Counted from the stretch's first letter, positions 53,034 through 62,673 are shown. The stretch: 64,000 nucleotides of DNA from Planctomycetia bacterium (GCA_016200145.1 JACQFH010000452.1:11692-75691); one strand, 5' to 3'. Made by a program: numbers and translations. Notes: a model not told the origin generated them from the sequence alone.

Positions 53034-55529
53034 TTACGTCCCCGGCTCGCCAATGATTCGTGCTCTGGCTTTCGCGAGGCGCGATTCGATGAGGGCGAGC
53101 GCGTCGTGGCGAACCGACTCCATGAACCGGTCGTCGCGGCCGATGAGCCGCGCGACGATGCCGTCCAGACGCTGCTGCACCGGGTCGCGCGCCGCGCAGG
53201 CAAACGCGACGGGGACGTGCGCGGCCAGCTCGTTCCAGCAACCGGCCAATTCCTTTCTATCGCGCGGGCCAACCTGAGCGAAGTCCGGAATCAGGATTTC
53301 ACGCCAGTCATCGGGCGGAAAATCGAGCGCACCTTCGCCCAGCCCGTGCCGGCCCAGCACCTGTGCCAGCAGGACCGTGAGCGACGAGCTGAGCACGGCG
53401 GCCAGCACCGGAATGAGCACCCACTGCGCGCGGTCGACCGTAACCGTCGCGAACCGTTGATGGACCTGGGACCGGGCATCGTTCTCAACCACAAAAAACC
53501 GTTCGTGAAACGCGATCGGCAGGATCAGGTCCGGAGTGACCTGCGAGCCCAGATCGTACCAGCGATTGTCACGGCCCGTCACGTTTCGCCGGGGTACCCC
53601 GATTCGCTCGCCGTGCCGGATGTACGAGAGCGCGTGCGTCCCCCGCAGATCGAATCTGGTATCGCGACAAAGGAACACAAGCCATTCTCGATCGAGGCCC
53701 GACGTGCGCGGCGGGCGCCTTTGAAACTGCAACGGAGATTTCACGAGGGGCTTGAGAAACCGGCGTTCGACCTTCCGTTCCCGCGCTTCGCCTGCGGTGA
53801 GGTAGAAGAAATCATCGCACCCCGTGCGGCGCCCGCGGCCGATCGACCAGATTTCCGAATCATCCAATCGTTTCAGCCGGCTCGGATCGCGCATCAGCGA
53901 GAGGAATGAATCAGGAGCCCGCAGATAACGGCCGCTCCATTTTCCGCCGCGATACGCCGGGCAGCCGTTTACCTCTGCGGGGGCATTGCCCGGCGGATTC
54001 CAAAGCTCATCGGATAACACGATAAGCTCTCGCCTGGCCGACGGGTCCTGCAGCGCGGTTTCCAGCGGCGCGCGAAACGTGACGAATCGCGTTGTTGACG
54101 CCGCTTCCGGTGCTTGCTTGCGGATCACTGACACGACGGTATTGATCGCGGCCGACGCGAATTGCCGCTCGACCAGGCTGTCGTAGACGGCGACGACCCG
54201 TCCGTGTGACAGCAAGTAGCGCTGCAACTTTACGCCAAACGCTACATCCAGCCAGCTACCCGAGCTGATGCAGACCTGCACTCCCCCGTCGTGCAACAGC
54301 TCCAGGCCACGGGCCAGAAAATAGCAGTACAGGTCGGATTTGCCGTCGACCGCCGTGGCGAAGCACTTCTGCAACCGGCGCTTTCTCGCGCGGCCGATCA
54401 GTTCCTGCCGCACGTACGGCGGATTGGCAAGCACGACGTCGAAGCCGCGTTCAGGCAACGCCGCCGGAAATCTGCCCATCAGCGCATCGCCGACGGCAAT
54501 TCGTCGATCGAGATGCGGCAGCTCGCAGGGCGTTTTCGCGTCGACGGCCAGCGACAGCCACAACCGCAGCCTGGCGATGTGTACGGCCAGCGGATCGACG
54601 TCGACTCCGCAAAGACTGGTTTCGATGATTCGCCGCTTGAGCTGGTCCCGCGGACGGTGCGAAACAAGTTTGCTGCTGGAAAGCAATTCGTAGAGACCAA
54701 CCAACTCGTGCAGGAGACCGACGAGATACGCACCCGAGCCGCAGGCGGGGTCAACGGCCTGCAAGACGCCCAGCGCAGCCTCGATTTCGCGCGCGGCCGC
54801 GGGTTCGAATTCCGTGGCAACCCGGTGATCAACGATTTCCTCAGTCATTCTTGCCGGGACCGAGGTCGTCCGACCGAGGTAATCCTTCAGCGCCTCGCGA
54901 CACATGAACGACACGACCGGCTTAGGAGTATAGAACGCCCCCGATTCATTCCGGCCCGTCACCAGCTCTTCGAACATGATGCCCAGAATTTCCGGATCGA
55001 CGGCCGACCCGTCTCCGGCGACGCTTGATTCATCGATCGTGAAACGCGTGGAGTAGAAGAGACCCGCATCACTCAGCAGCAAGGCCAGCGCGGAATCAGG
55101 GACGTCGGAGACTCGCCGGTCGATTTCTGTTTCATCAAACGGCCCGCCGATCCGCAGCGGCACATGGCCGATCGATTCGGGACGATGGGAGCCGCGTTCG
55201 GAAAGCGCTCTGAACAGCGGAATGATTCGGCTGCGATAGACCGATCTGCCGCGCATTCCCCCGGCGGCAAACACGGCCTGCAGGTAATCCGCTCGGCCCT
55301 GGAACTCCAACCAGCCCTTGAGCTCGACAAACCGCACGAACAGCAGCCGGTTGACCAGCGCCTGGGTAAACAGCCGCAACTGTTTTGGGTTCCGCAATCG
55401 CGATTCAGCGCCGATCAGTCGTTCGGCCGCATCGAACGCTTCGACATAATGCTCGAGGAACCGAGAACCCACCTGCCGAACGCCCCCTTCAGGAGTGAAC
55501 CATCGCCGACTGAATAATGGGAGCCACAC
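53034..55529 (-). CDS. Eco57I/PglX-like gamma-class N6-adenine DNA methyltransferase (no nuclease recognised)
   Basis: AFYTPKPVV, motif I AVDPACGSGAYLVGLL, motif IV VLANPPYVRQE, and a C-terminal region resembling a TaqI-type target-recognition domain. The annotated GTG start overlaps the upstream gene by 41 nt. An in-frame GTG at 55472 would remove the overlap. Confidence 0.75.
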   Translation of the reverse strand: MWLPLFSRRWFTPEGGVRQVGSRFLEHYVEAFDAAERLIGAESRLRNPKQLRLFTQALVNRLLFVRFVELKGWLEFQGRADYLQAVFAAGGMRGRSVYRSRIIPLFRALSERGSHRPESIGHVPLRIGGPFDETEIDRRVSDVPDSALALLLSDAGLFYSTRFTIDESSVAGDGSAVDPEILGIMFEELVTGRNESGAFYTPKPVVSFMCREALKDYLGRTTSVPARMTEEIVDHRVATEFEPAAAREIEAALGVLQAVDPACGSGAYLVGLLHELVGLYELLSSSKLVSHRPRDQLKRRIIETSLCGVDVDPLAVHIARLRLWLSLAVDAKTPCELPHLDRRIAVGDALMGRFPAALPERGFDVVLANPPYVRQELIGRARKRRLQKCFATAVDGKSDLYCYFLARGLELLHDGGVQVCISSGSWLDVAFGVKLQRYLLSHGRVVAVYDSLVERQFASAAINTVVSVIRKQAPEAASTTRFVTFRAPLETALQDPSARRELIVLSDELWNPPGNAPAEVNGCPAYRGGKWSGRYLRAPDSFLSLMRDPSRLKRLDDSEIWSIGRGRRTGCDDFFYLTAGEARERKVERRFLKPLVKSPLQFQRRPPRTSGLDREWLVFLCRDTRFDLRGTHALSYIRHGERIGVPRRNVTGRDNRWYDLGSQVTPDLILPIAFHERFFVVENDARSQVHQRFATVTVDRAQWVLIPVLAAVLSSSLTVLLAQVLGRHGLGEGALDFPPDDWREILIPDFAQVGPRDRKELAGCWNELAAHVPVAFACAARDPVQQRLDGIVARLIGRDDRFMESVRHDALALIESRLAKARARIIGEPGT

Positions 55530-56319
55530 AATTCGCGACGAACGGCCGGCTCGTGACGGTCAAATGACCGCCGAAATGGAAATCGGCGCACATCCCCTTG
55601 TGAAACGGCACTTCGTGAAGCTGCGTTTCATATCGCTTGTGCGCAGCGCTGTTCAGTCCGGGCGGCAGACGAAAGCCGACCATTCCGGCGGCCGCTTGAT
55701 GCGGTCCGTCGAGAGTGCCGGCAACCCAGGTTCCGACTCCCAGAAAGAACACGTCGAGCGGCGAACGAAAGTTCCAGATACCGACTTCGGTGTGCTCCAG
55801 CGCTGTCGACAGGTCGTGATCGGGTGACAGCGCCGCCTGCAACAGAATTGCGCACGCGATCTTTCGGTCCGCAGGCAAGCGTTCAAGCGCCAGGGCGATC
55901 ATCGCCGCACCCCCGGAATGGCCGACCAGATACACCGGGCGCCCGGGATGCGACTGCTGATAATCGACGATTCGCCGCACGAGCCTGTCGGCATGGCGCA
56001 GATTTCGCCTTGTGCCTCTTAGGTGATACAGGAACAGAAGGATGACACCGGTCGTCCAGTCGAAAATCTCGATCGCCGCGTTCACCCCGCCGTCGGCCAG
56101 TCCCCGCGCGATGCTGTGATTCATGCAGCTCTCGCCTTCAATTCCCGGCAGGACCAGCACGAGCCCCCGGTCGAGCCGCTCGGGAGTCTTCAGGTGACTC
56201 AGCATTCCTCCGCAGAACCGCCCCAGCGGATGTAACAGCATCCCCGCCAGCGACAGACACCCGCGCGACACGTGCAGAAGGTGATTCTTCAAGCGAAGAT
56301 TTTTCTCAACCTTTGCCAC
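55489..56319 (-). CDS. Alpha/beta-hydrolase-fold protein
   Basis: Nucleophile elbow VYLVGHSGGAAM (G-H-S-G-G). About 276 aa. GTG start, with alternative internal ATGs. Confidence 0.6.
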   Translation of the reverse strand: MAKVEKNLRLKNHLLHVSRGCLSLAGMLLHPLGRFCGGMLSHLKTPERLDRGLVLVLPGIEGESCMNHSIARGLADGGVNAAIEIFDWTTGVILLFLYHLRGTRRNLRHADRLVRRIVDYQQSHPGRPVYLVGHSGGAAMIALALERLPADRKIACAILLQAALSPDHDLSTALEHTEVGIWNFRSPLDVFFLGVGTWVAGTLDGPHQAAAGMVGFRLPPGLNSAAHKRYETQLHEVPFHKGMCADFHFGGHLTVTSRPFVANCVAPIIQSAMVHS

Positions 56320-56351
56320 AAATCATTTGCTTGCCAGCGAATACGGTTGAG

Positions 56352-56571
56352 CCCACGGATAGCGTGGCAATCCCACGGATGAGAGTGAGGAACCACGAAA
56401 TACGCGAAAGACGCGAAACCGGTTCTACGAAAACTCGATCCACTGATTCCACAGATTTCCGCAGATGATCCTGAGCAGGGCCTGATTCAATCTGTGAAAA
56501 TCTGCGCAATCTGTGGATATTCGAGGTCGTCGCGACCTCTCTATCCGTGGGATTGCCACGCCATCCGTGGG
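56352..56571. mobile_element. Nested 220-bp MITE-like element with 29-bp terminal inverted repeats
   Basis: cccacggatagcgtggcaatcccacggat (56352-56380) matches the reverse complement of atccgtgggattgccacgccatccgtggg (56543-56571) at 28 of 29 positions. The interior contains the CACGAAATACGCGAAAGACGCGAAA module, the 56448-56518 hairpin, and a gaggtcgtcgcgacctc hairpin. Confidence 0.8.
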
Positions 56572-56648
56572 TGCCCTCCTGAACCAGGAAAGAAGACGAC
56601 CCACGAATGACGCGGATGGCCGCGGATGTTCCTTAATCTGGAACACCC

Positions 56649-57428
56649 TTACTGCTGTGGTTTCTTGCCTTCGATCTCGGCGACTTCGCGGATCCAGATG
56701 TTGCGGAACCGGACCGGATTGCCGTGGAATTGAATGTGAATCGGCCCCTGCAGCGGATGGGCTTCGTACTTCGGGGGCTGGTCGTAAAACGTGCCCCCCA
56801 TCAGCTCGAAGTGATTCTGCACGACGATTCCGTTCTGCAGCACGGTGAGGTAGCCGGGCTTCAAAAGCTTGCCCGATTCGTCGAAGCGCGGCCCGGTAAA
56901 GATGATGTCATACGCTTGCCATTCGCCCGGCTTGCGGCAGGCGTTGACCAGCGGCGGGTGCTGTTTGTAGATCGACGCCGCCTGACCGTCGAAGTAGGTC
57001 TTGTTGTCGTACGAATCGAGAATCTGCACTTCGTATTTGCCCATCATGTAGACGCCGCTGTTGCCGCGCCCCTGCCCCTCACTCGAGACCTCCGAGGGCG
57101 TGGCCCACTCGACGTGCAACTGGCAATCGCCAAACGAGTCTTTCGTGGTGATGCCGTCCTCGCGCGACACGGCGTATCCGTCTTTGATCTCCCATTTCTC
57201 GCCATTCTCCCACTTCGACAGGTCTTTGCCATCGAACAGGACGATGGCATCGGAAGGAGGCCCGCCGACCGGGCCCGGATCGACGACCTTCGGTTCGGCC
57301 CATTCAATGCCGCTTTTATATTCGTCCACAAACGCCCCCCTGACGACAAGTGCTGTGCTCAGAACAATCCCTGCCCAGGCGATCAGGCGCACGGGCAAAG
57401 ATGGAATGAATTGAAATGCGTGTCTCAT
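56649..57428 (-). CDS. DUF1080 (3-keto-disaccharide hydrolase-like, concanavalin-fold) protein
   Basis: LFDGKDLSKWE...WEIKDGYAV, GDCQLHVEW, GNSGVYMMGKYEVQILDS, and IQFHGNPVRFRNIWIRE. N-terminal TM/signal. Start taken at MRHAFQ. Confidence 0.85.
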   Translation of the reverse strand: MRHAFQFIPSLPVRLIAWAGIVLSTALVVRGAFVDEYKSGIEWAEPKVVDPGPVGGPPSDAIVLFDGKDLSKWENGEKWEIKDGYAVSREDGITTKDSFGDCQLHVEWATPSEVSSEGQGRGNSGVYMMGKYEVQILDSYDNKTYFDGQAASIYKQHPPLVNACRKPGEWQAYDIIFTGPRFDESGKLLKPGYLTVLQNGIVVQNHFELMGGTFYDQPPKYEAHPLQGPIHIQFHGNPVRFRNIWIREVAEIEGKKPQQ

Positions 57429-57504
57429 GCTGCAAACTCCTGCTGAATCGTGCCGCGTGTCGGTTAAGGATGACAAGATTCCCCAGCATAAGCCCGCATC
57501 TGAC

Positions 57505-57545
57505 GATTGGCCAGTACTGACTCAATACTGAGTACTCAGTACTTC
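57505..57545. repeat. AT-rich AGTACT-repeat palindrome next to a stop codon
   Basis: ccagtactgactcaatactgagtactcagtacttc, with palindromic core tactgagtactcagta (57527-57542), 5 nt from the stop of 57548..58522. Confidence 0.7.
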
Positions 57546-57547
57546 TT

Positions 57548-58522
57548 TCACCGTCCCGCCTGCAATCCGGCGACGACGGTTTCCAGAAACTCTCGCGCCC
57601 GGCGGGCGAGTGCGTCGATCCTTTCGGCGTCAGTCGGACGGCCCAGCAGCGGGGCGAAGATGTTTTCGCAGCACAGCGGCATTTTCCAGCCGGTGAATGC
57701 CACCTGGTGCAGCAGCCGGTAGTGGTCGATCTCGCCCAGGCCGGGGCCGCAATCTTCGTCGCGCGGCCAATTGCGATGGTCCTTGATGCAGAAGCTGCGA
57801 ATTGTGTCAGCGCACTTTTCGAGATCGGGGATCGGATCGACATTCAGGTAATCCATCACGTTGCCCGCGTCGTAATTGACGGCGATCCCGGAGTCATTCA
57901 CCTCGCGGACGATTTTCGCACAGGCCTCCCCTGTCCCCGTGCTGCCGCCGTGTTGTTTGACGACGATTGTCACGCCGTGGTCCCGGGCGATCGGCCCCAA
58001 CTCTTTGAACCGCGCCCGCCACAGCTCTTCTTTGCCTCCCTCCGTGTGGCCAAACGTCAGGACCTGCGGGATTCCGGCGGCCTGGGCTTGTTTCACGCGG
58101 CTCGTCAGCACGGCGACGGCTTCAGGTTGATCGGGATAGATCATCGAGAACATCATCAGCGGTTCCAGCTCCATGTCGCGACAGCGGGCTGCCAGTTCTT
58201 TGGCGCGCGCGGGAGGCGCGTCGGGGGCCACTACAGGGGAAACGCTCTCTCCTTCATCTTTGTGAGTCGTGCCCCAGGCGACGTATTTGAATCCGGCCCG
58301 CCGAATGCCCTCGAGCGCGCGATTCAGAGGAAACTGCGAGTACGGCAACGTCATGCAGGCAATCTGGAATTCAGTCGGCTTGCCGCCGGCAGGCTTTGCC
58401 GTGCGAGGCTTGTCATCCGCCGCCGACGCGGGCGATGTCAACATCGCACCGCAGATGCCTGCTGCGCTCGCGTGCAGAAACGCACGCCGATGAATTTGCT
58501 GGCCTGTGTATCCTCGAAACAT
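57548..58522 (-). CDS. Tat-exported sugar-phosphate isomerase/epimerase (xylose-isomerase-like TIM barrel)
   Basis: Leader RRAFLHASAAGICGAMLTSPASA. The body is typical of the AP-endonuclease-2/xylose-isomerase-like TIM family (FKYVAWG..., GVTIVVKQHGG, NYDAGNV). Confidence 0.75.
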   Translation of the reverse strand: MFRGYTGQQIHRRAFLHASAAGICGAMLTSPASAADDKPRTAKPAGGKPTEFQIACMTLPYSQFPLNRALEGIRRAGFKYVAWGTTHKDEGESVSPVVAPDAPPARAKELAARCRDMELEPLMMFSMIYPDQPEAVAVLTSRVKQAQAAGIPQVLTFGHTEGGKEELWRARFKELGPIARDHGVTIVVKQHGGSTGTGEACAKIVREVNDSGIAVNYDAGNVMDYLNVDPIPDLEKCADTIRSFCIKDHRNWPRDEDCGPGLGEIDHYRLLHQVAFTGWKMPLCCENIFAPLLGRPTDAERIDALARRAREFLETVVAGLQAGR

Positions 58523-58730
58523 GTGTACATCCCTCGTTTAACCGCAACCCCGGGCACCGCCGCGGACAGCGGTGGTCGGTGCGTGTTTCGTGCGACGACT
58601 GACTTCCAATCCTGCTCAACAGCACCTTCACGAGCGCGCCTTCGCCCAGCGGTCGCCATCTCTCTTCGCTCCTCTCTTCTCGCTCTTCACCCCGACGCGC
58701 GCATCCCGATGGGATTGCGGTTAAACAAAA

Positions 58731-59555
58731 TCACGGCAGGAACCAAAACAATCTCTTGCGGGCGTCGGCGTCGAGCGGGGCGGCGTATTCGCTGATCTCG
58801 AACACCTCGCAGAATTCAATCCGGCCGCCCCGGTCGGAACCGTATTGGCCCACGAGCCGTTCGCGGTGCCGCGCGCTCCGCGGGGCGATTTTCGCCTCGT
58901 ACCAGGTCCTGAGCCAGGCGATTCGGCCCGCTCCGGTCGCGGGGACTTCGTCCTCGCGGCGTTCGTTGTAGGGGATCCATTCGAAGAACTGCGAATGGTG
59001 CCGTGACAGCATCTGCACGATCGTTTCCATCCGGTCGGTGATGTCGAGAACGACGTCGCCCCGCAGCGGCGCGGGGCGGGTGAACAGGTCGGGCAGATAT
59101 CCCACGACCGGGTCGCGACGGAGGATGGGTGTCTCGGGGCAGATCGGCGGCACGGTGACCAGGTACGATGCATCCTGCACGGCCTGGCCGACCGCGCGGT
59201 GATCCGGGTGATAATCATTCAGTCGGTGCGTCAGCACCAGGTCCGGTGCGAACGTACGCAGCTCGCGAATGATCTGCTCGCGGACTTCGATCGTCGGCAA
59301 CAGCCGGCCATCGGGGTTGTTCCAAACTTCGTACGCAGCGCCGATGACTTCGCCCGCGCGGCGGGCCTCGGCACGCCGCACGTCGGTCAGTTCTTTGCCG
59401 GAAATGCGGAAGTGCCCGGATTGCCCGTCGCTCACCGAGACCATCTTCACGACGTGCCCCGCCTCGCGATAGATCGAAGCGAGGCCGCCGGCGTGGTACT
59501 CGGCATCATCCGGATGCGCGCCAAGAATCAGCAGTCGTAAAGGCGCAGCAGACAT
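58731..59555 (-). CDS. PIG-L/LmbE-family N-acetylglucosaminyl deacetylase
   Basis: LRLLILGAHPDDAEYHAGG is the family zinc-binding signature, and later HPDHRAVG. Start taken at the internal ATG MSAAPL (59555), not the ORF maximum of 60071. Confidence 0.85.
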   Translation of the reverse strand: MSAAPLRLLILGAHPDDAEYHAGGLASIYREAGHVVKMVSVSDGQSGHFRISGKELTDVRRAEARRAGEVIGAAYEVWNNPDGRLLPTIEVREQIIRELRTFAPDLVLTHRLNDYHPDHRAVGQAVQDASYLVTVPPICPETPILRRDPVVGYLPDLFTRPAPLRGDVVLDITDRMETIVQMLSRHHSQFFEWIPYNERREDEVPATGAGRIAWLRTWYEAKIAPRSARHRERLVGQYGSDRGGRIEFCEVFEISEYAAPLDADARKRLFWFLP

Positions 59556-60129
59556 CGTCTCTCGTTTCCGGATTTGTGCGTTCTTCACCAGGCCCACGGG
59601 ACGCTTCCCATGGGTCCGCGCCACAGCAGAATCCGGATAGTATCGTCGCGCCCAAAGAAAAGAGAAAGGAACCGCGGCTGACCCCGGGAGGACATTTCGG
59701 GTGCCAAAGTGCCCCACGCTCTCCCCAGTGGAGCGTGCTGCCCTTCGGCCCCCAAAAAGGGGATCGAGCGCGGTTCCTAAGGCCACGAGAGAGGTCGCGG
59801 CAAGTTCGAGAGGTTCCGGCAAAGCCTTGTGGTCTGGTCTGACTTGGCTCGGCGTCGCCGGAGTGATTAGAGGATTTGCAATTGACGGGCCAAAGCCCGA
59901 CAGATAGCCGGAATCGCCGTAAGTCTCGGGATGCCTTGTGATTCCGAAACAACTGCCGGGTTTCGGCGCTGTTCCGAATTTAACGCGCTGTTTGCCGCCG
60001 GCAACGTGAACGTTGTTTCTGTTTTGTGCTGGCAACGACTTCAGTTGCGCAGGCTGAAGCCTGAACTCCAACTGTCAGGCGGGTACAATCACATCAGGCC
60101 CGGCTTCGATCACCCCGCGTCACGGCGAC

Positions 60130-61068
60130 ATGAGTACAACCAGTGAACCGACTGATGATCGTCCGGCCGATCGGGCTGCGGGCGGCCACGCAGTCGCACT
60201 GGCTGCCCCGCGAAAAGTCACGCGGCGGCAATGGCTGCGTCGGACGACGTGGGGGGCGTATGCGGCGGCGCTCGGCGTGATCGTCGAGACGTTCTTCATC
60301 GAGCCGCACTGGCTCGAAATCGTGCGGCGCGACCTGCCGATCCGCAATCTGCCGGTGCACTGGCAGGGAAGAACGCTGGCGCAGATCAGCGACATTCACG
60401 TGGGACGGCAGGTCAGCGACAGCTTTCTCATTGGCGCGTTCGAGCGCGTGGCGGCAATCGGTGCCGACGTGGTCGCCCTGACGGGGGATTTTGTCACCTG
60501 CGGTCGCCGCGACAGTTCTGTCCCCATCCAGCAGGCGGTCGACGTCTTCGCCCACCTCCCGCGGGGAAAAATCGCCACGCTGGGAATTCTGGGGAATCAT
60601 GATTACGGACCGAACTGGTCCGACCGGTTCATCGCGGCGCGGGTCGAAACCGTTCTGTCCGACGCCGGCGTGAAGATGCTCCGCAACGAGTCGATCGGCC
60701 TGGACGGCCTGACGATCGTGGGACTCGACGACCTGCTCGCCAACCGCTGCAACGGCAACGCAGGGTTCGCCGGCACATCGCAGCACACGGCACGCCTCGT
60801 CCTGTGCCATAACCCCGACGCCGCCGACCGCGACATCTGGAACGGGTACGAAGGCTGGATCCTGTCGGGGCACACGCACGGCGGACAGTGCAAGCCGCCG
60901 TTCTTTCCACCCCCTGCGCTGCCGGTGGCCAACCGGCGCTACACGGCGGGAGAGTTCGAGTTGCAGGGCAACCGGCGCATGTACATCAACCGCGGCCTGG
61001 GACACCTTCTGCCCGTGCGTTTCAACTGCCGGCCGGAAATCACCATCTTCCAATTGACGGCAGGCTAA
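60130..61068 (+). CDS. Tat-signal calcineurin-like metallophosphoesterase
   Basis: RRQWLRRTTWGAYAAALG leader, then SDIHVG, LTGDFV, GNHDY and SGHTHGGQ. Confidence 0.88.
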   Translation: MSTTSEPTDDRPADRAAGGHAVALAAPRKVTRRQWLRRTTWGAYAAALGVIVETFFIEPHWLEIVRRDLPIRNLPVHWQGRTLAQISDIHVGRQVSDSFLIGAFERVAAIGADVVALTGDFVTCGRRDSSVPIQQAVDVFAHLPRGKIATLGILGNHDYGPNWSDRFIAARVETVLSDAGVKMLRNESIGLDGLTIVGLDDLLANRCNGNAGFAGTSQHTARLVLCHNPDAADRDIWNGYEGWILSGHTHGGQCKPPFFPPPALPVANRRYTAGEFELQGNRRMYINRGLGHLLPVRFNCRPEITIFQLTAG

Positions 61069-61091
61069 CGGGAAGATTCAGTGAGAGAACC

Positions 61092-62315
61092 ATGACATCC
61101 AGCCTCATCGCTGAAAAACTGGAACAGGCCCACCAGATTCTGGGCGAACTGGGCCTCGACGCGTGGATGGTGTTCGTGCGCGAGAGCAGCCACGGAGGCG
61201 ATCCGGCGCTTTCGTACATCTACGACGGCGCGTTCACCTGGCAGTCGGCCCTGATCGTCACCCGCGCCGGGGACCGCATCGCCATCGTCGGCAAGTTCGA
61301 TGACGGTGCCGTGCGCGCGACAGGCGTCTGGACGGAAGTCATCTCCTACGTGCAGAGCATTCACGGCCCGCTGGTCGAGACGCTTCGTCGGATCGATCCG
61401 CAGACTCTCGCTCTCGATTTCTCGGTCGATGACTACGCCGCCGACGGCCTCACCCACGGCATGTATCTGCTGCTGCTCAAATACCTCGAGGGCACGCCCT
61501 ACGCCGAGCGGCTGGTGAGCGCTGTTGGCGTCGTCGGGGCGTTGCGGGGGCGCAAATCTCCGAACGAGCTGGCGCGAATCGAAAAAGCGATCGAGACGGC
61601 GCAGACGATTTTCGACGAGGTCGGGCGATTCGCGGCCCCGGGAAAAACCGAGCGCGAGGTGGCCCGCTTCATGCAGGACGCTGCCGCACGGCGCGGGGTT
61701 GGCCTGGCGTGGTCGCAGCCCTGTCCGATCGTCAACACGGGACCGCATTCGATGATCGGGCACGGCGTTCCCTCCGATCTGCAGATCGAACCGGGACACA
61801 TCCTGCACATCGACTTTGGCGTGCAACAGGAGGGTTATTGCTCAGACCTGCAGCGGTGCTGGTACGTTCCCCGCCCCGGCGAACACGCGCCTCCCGAATC
61901 GGCGGCTCGCGCTTTCGAAGCGGTCGTGCAAGGAATTTCCGTCGCGGCCGATCGGCTCAAGCCCGGAGTTGAAGGCTGGCAGGTCGATCAGGCGGCCCGA
62001 AAGATCATCACCGCTGCCGGCTATCCGGAATATGGACACGCCCTGGGACACCACGTCGGGTGCACAGCCCACGATGGCGGGGGAATTCTCGGGCCGCGGT
62101 GGGAACGCTACGGCAACACGCCGTTTCGGAAAGCCGAGCCGGGAAACGTCTTTACGTTGGAGCCGAGCATTGAAGACGCCGGCGGATGCGGCTGCCTGGG
62201 AATCGAAGAAATGGTTGTCGTCACCGACGCCGGCTGTCGCTGGCTGTCGGACCGGCAGATGACGCTGCCGTGTCTGGGCACGTCGAAGTCACTAGACAAC
62301 AGATTGCAGAATTGA
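61092..62315 (+). CDS. M24-family Xaa-Pro aminopeptidase/creatinase-like peptidase
   Basis: Creatinase-like N-terminal domain, then the pita-bread fold with HILHIDFGV, GYCSDLQR, GHALGHHVG, FTLEP and GIEEMVVV. Confidence 0.85.
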   Translation: MTSSLIAEKLEQAHQILGELGLDAWMVFVRESSHGGDPALSYIYDGAFTWQSALIVTRAGDRIAIVGKFDDGAVRATGVWTEVISYVQSIHGPLVETLRRIDPQTLALDFSVDDYAADGLTHGMYLLLLKYLEGTPYAERLVSAVGVVGALRGRKSPNELARIEKAIETAQTIFDEVGRFAAPGKTEREVARFMQDAAARRGVGLAWSQPCPIVNTGPHSMIGHGVPSDLQIEPGHILHIDFGVQQEGYCSDLQRCWYVPRPGEHAPPESAARAFEAVVQGISVAADRLKPGVEGWQVDQAARKIITAAGYPEYGHALGHHVGCTAHDGGGILGPRWERYGNTPFRKAEPGNVFTLEPSIEDAGGCGCLGIEEMVVVTDAGCRWLSDRQMTLPCLGTSKSLDNRLQN

Positions 62316-62319
62316 AAGA

Positions 62320-62616
62320 GTGATCACCATGTCCACCGCCGACCCCTCTCCAGCGCCCGCGCCTGCGGGCGGACCTTCGCCTCAGGAACTGAAGCTGGCA
62401 CTCAAGGCGTTTAAAAAGCGGCTCAAACTGACGCGGCTCGACGCCGATTCGAGAATTGGCGTGGGCCCGATGAGCAGCGGCTCGACCTGGGGGATCGTGG
62501 CCATCCTCCCCCCCAACCAGTACCCCCGCGCCATCTGGGACGAGCTGGTCAAGCAGGGCAAGCTCAAAAACGCCGGCCAGGGGATGTATTCGCTCGTGGA
62601 AAATCCGGGGAGCTGA
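62320..62616 (+). CDS. Small conserved-looking hypothetical protein (95-98 aa)
   Basis: Pro-rich N terminus, then LKLALKAFKKRLKLTRLDADSRIG...YPRAIWDELVKQGKLKNAGQGMYSL. It starts 5 nt after the M24 peptidase stop (GTG 62320 or ATG 62329). Confidence 0.45.
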   Translation: MITMSTADPSPAPAPAGGPSPQELKLALKAFKKRLKLTRLDADSRIGVGPMSSGSTWGIVAILPPNQYPRAIWDELVKQGKLKNAGQGMYSLVENPGS

Positions 62617-62673
62617 ACGATGTCGTGGCCGTCGTGATCCGCGGTTAACGATTATGGCTCAGGTCGATCCGGG

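Noticed and set aside
53034-56319. Possible BREX or DISARM defence island around the PglX-like methyltransferase.
   Set aside because: No BrxA/B/C/L, PglZ, DrmA/B/C-like, helicase, or phospholipase D-type genes are nearby. The neighbours are sugar-metabolism and hydrolase genes. It is kept only as an orphan-methylase observation.
59808-59919. GAGAGGTTCCGGC ... ACAGATAGCCGGAAT resembles the two strands of the RNase P RNA P4 helix (GGAAAGUCCGG / ACAGAACCCGGCUUA).
   Set aside because: The strands are only ~90 nt apart, against ~300 nt in RNase P RNA. None of the other universally conserved RNase P blocks is present.
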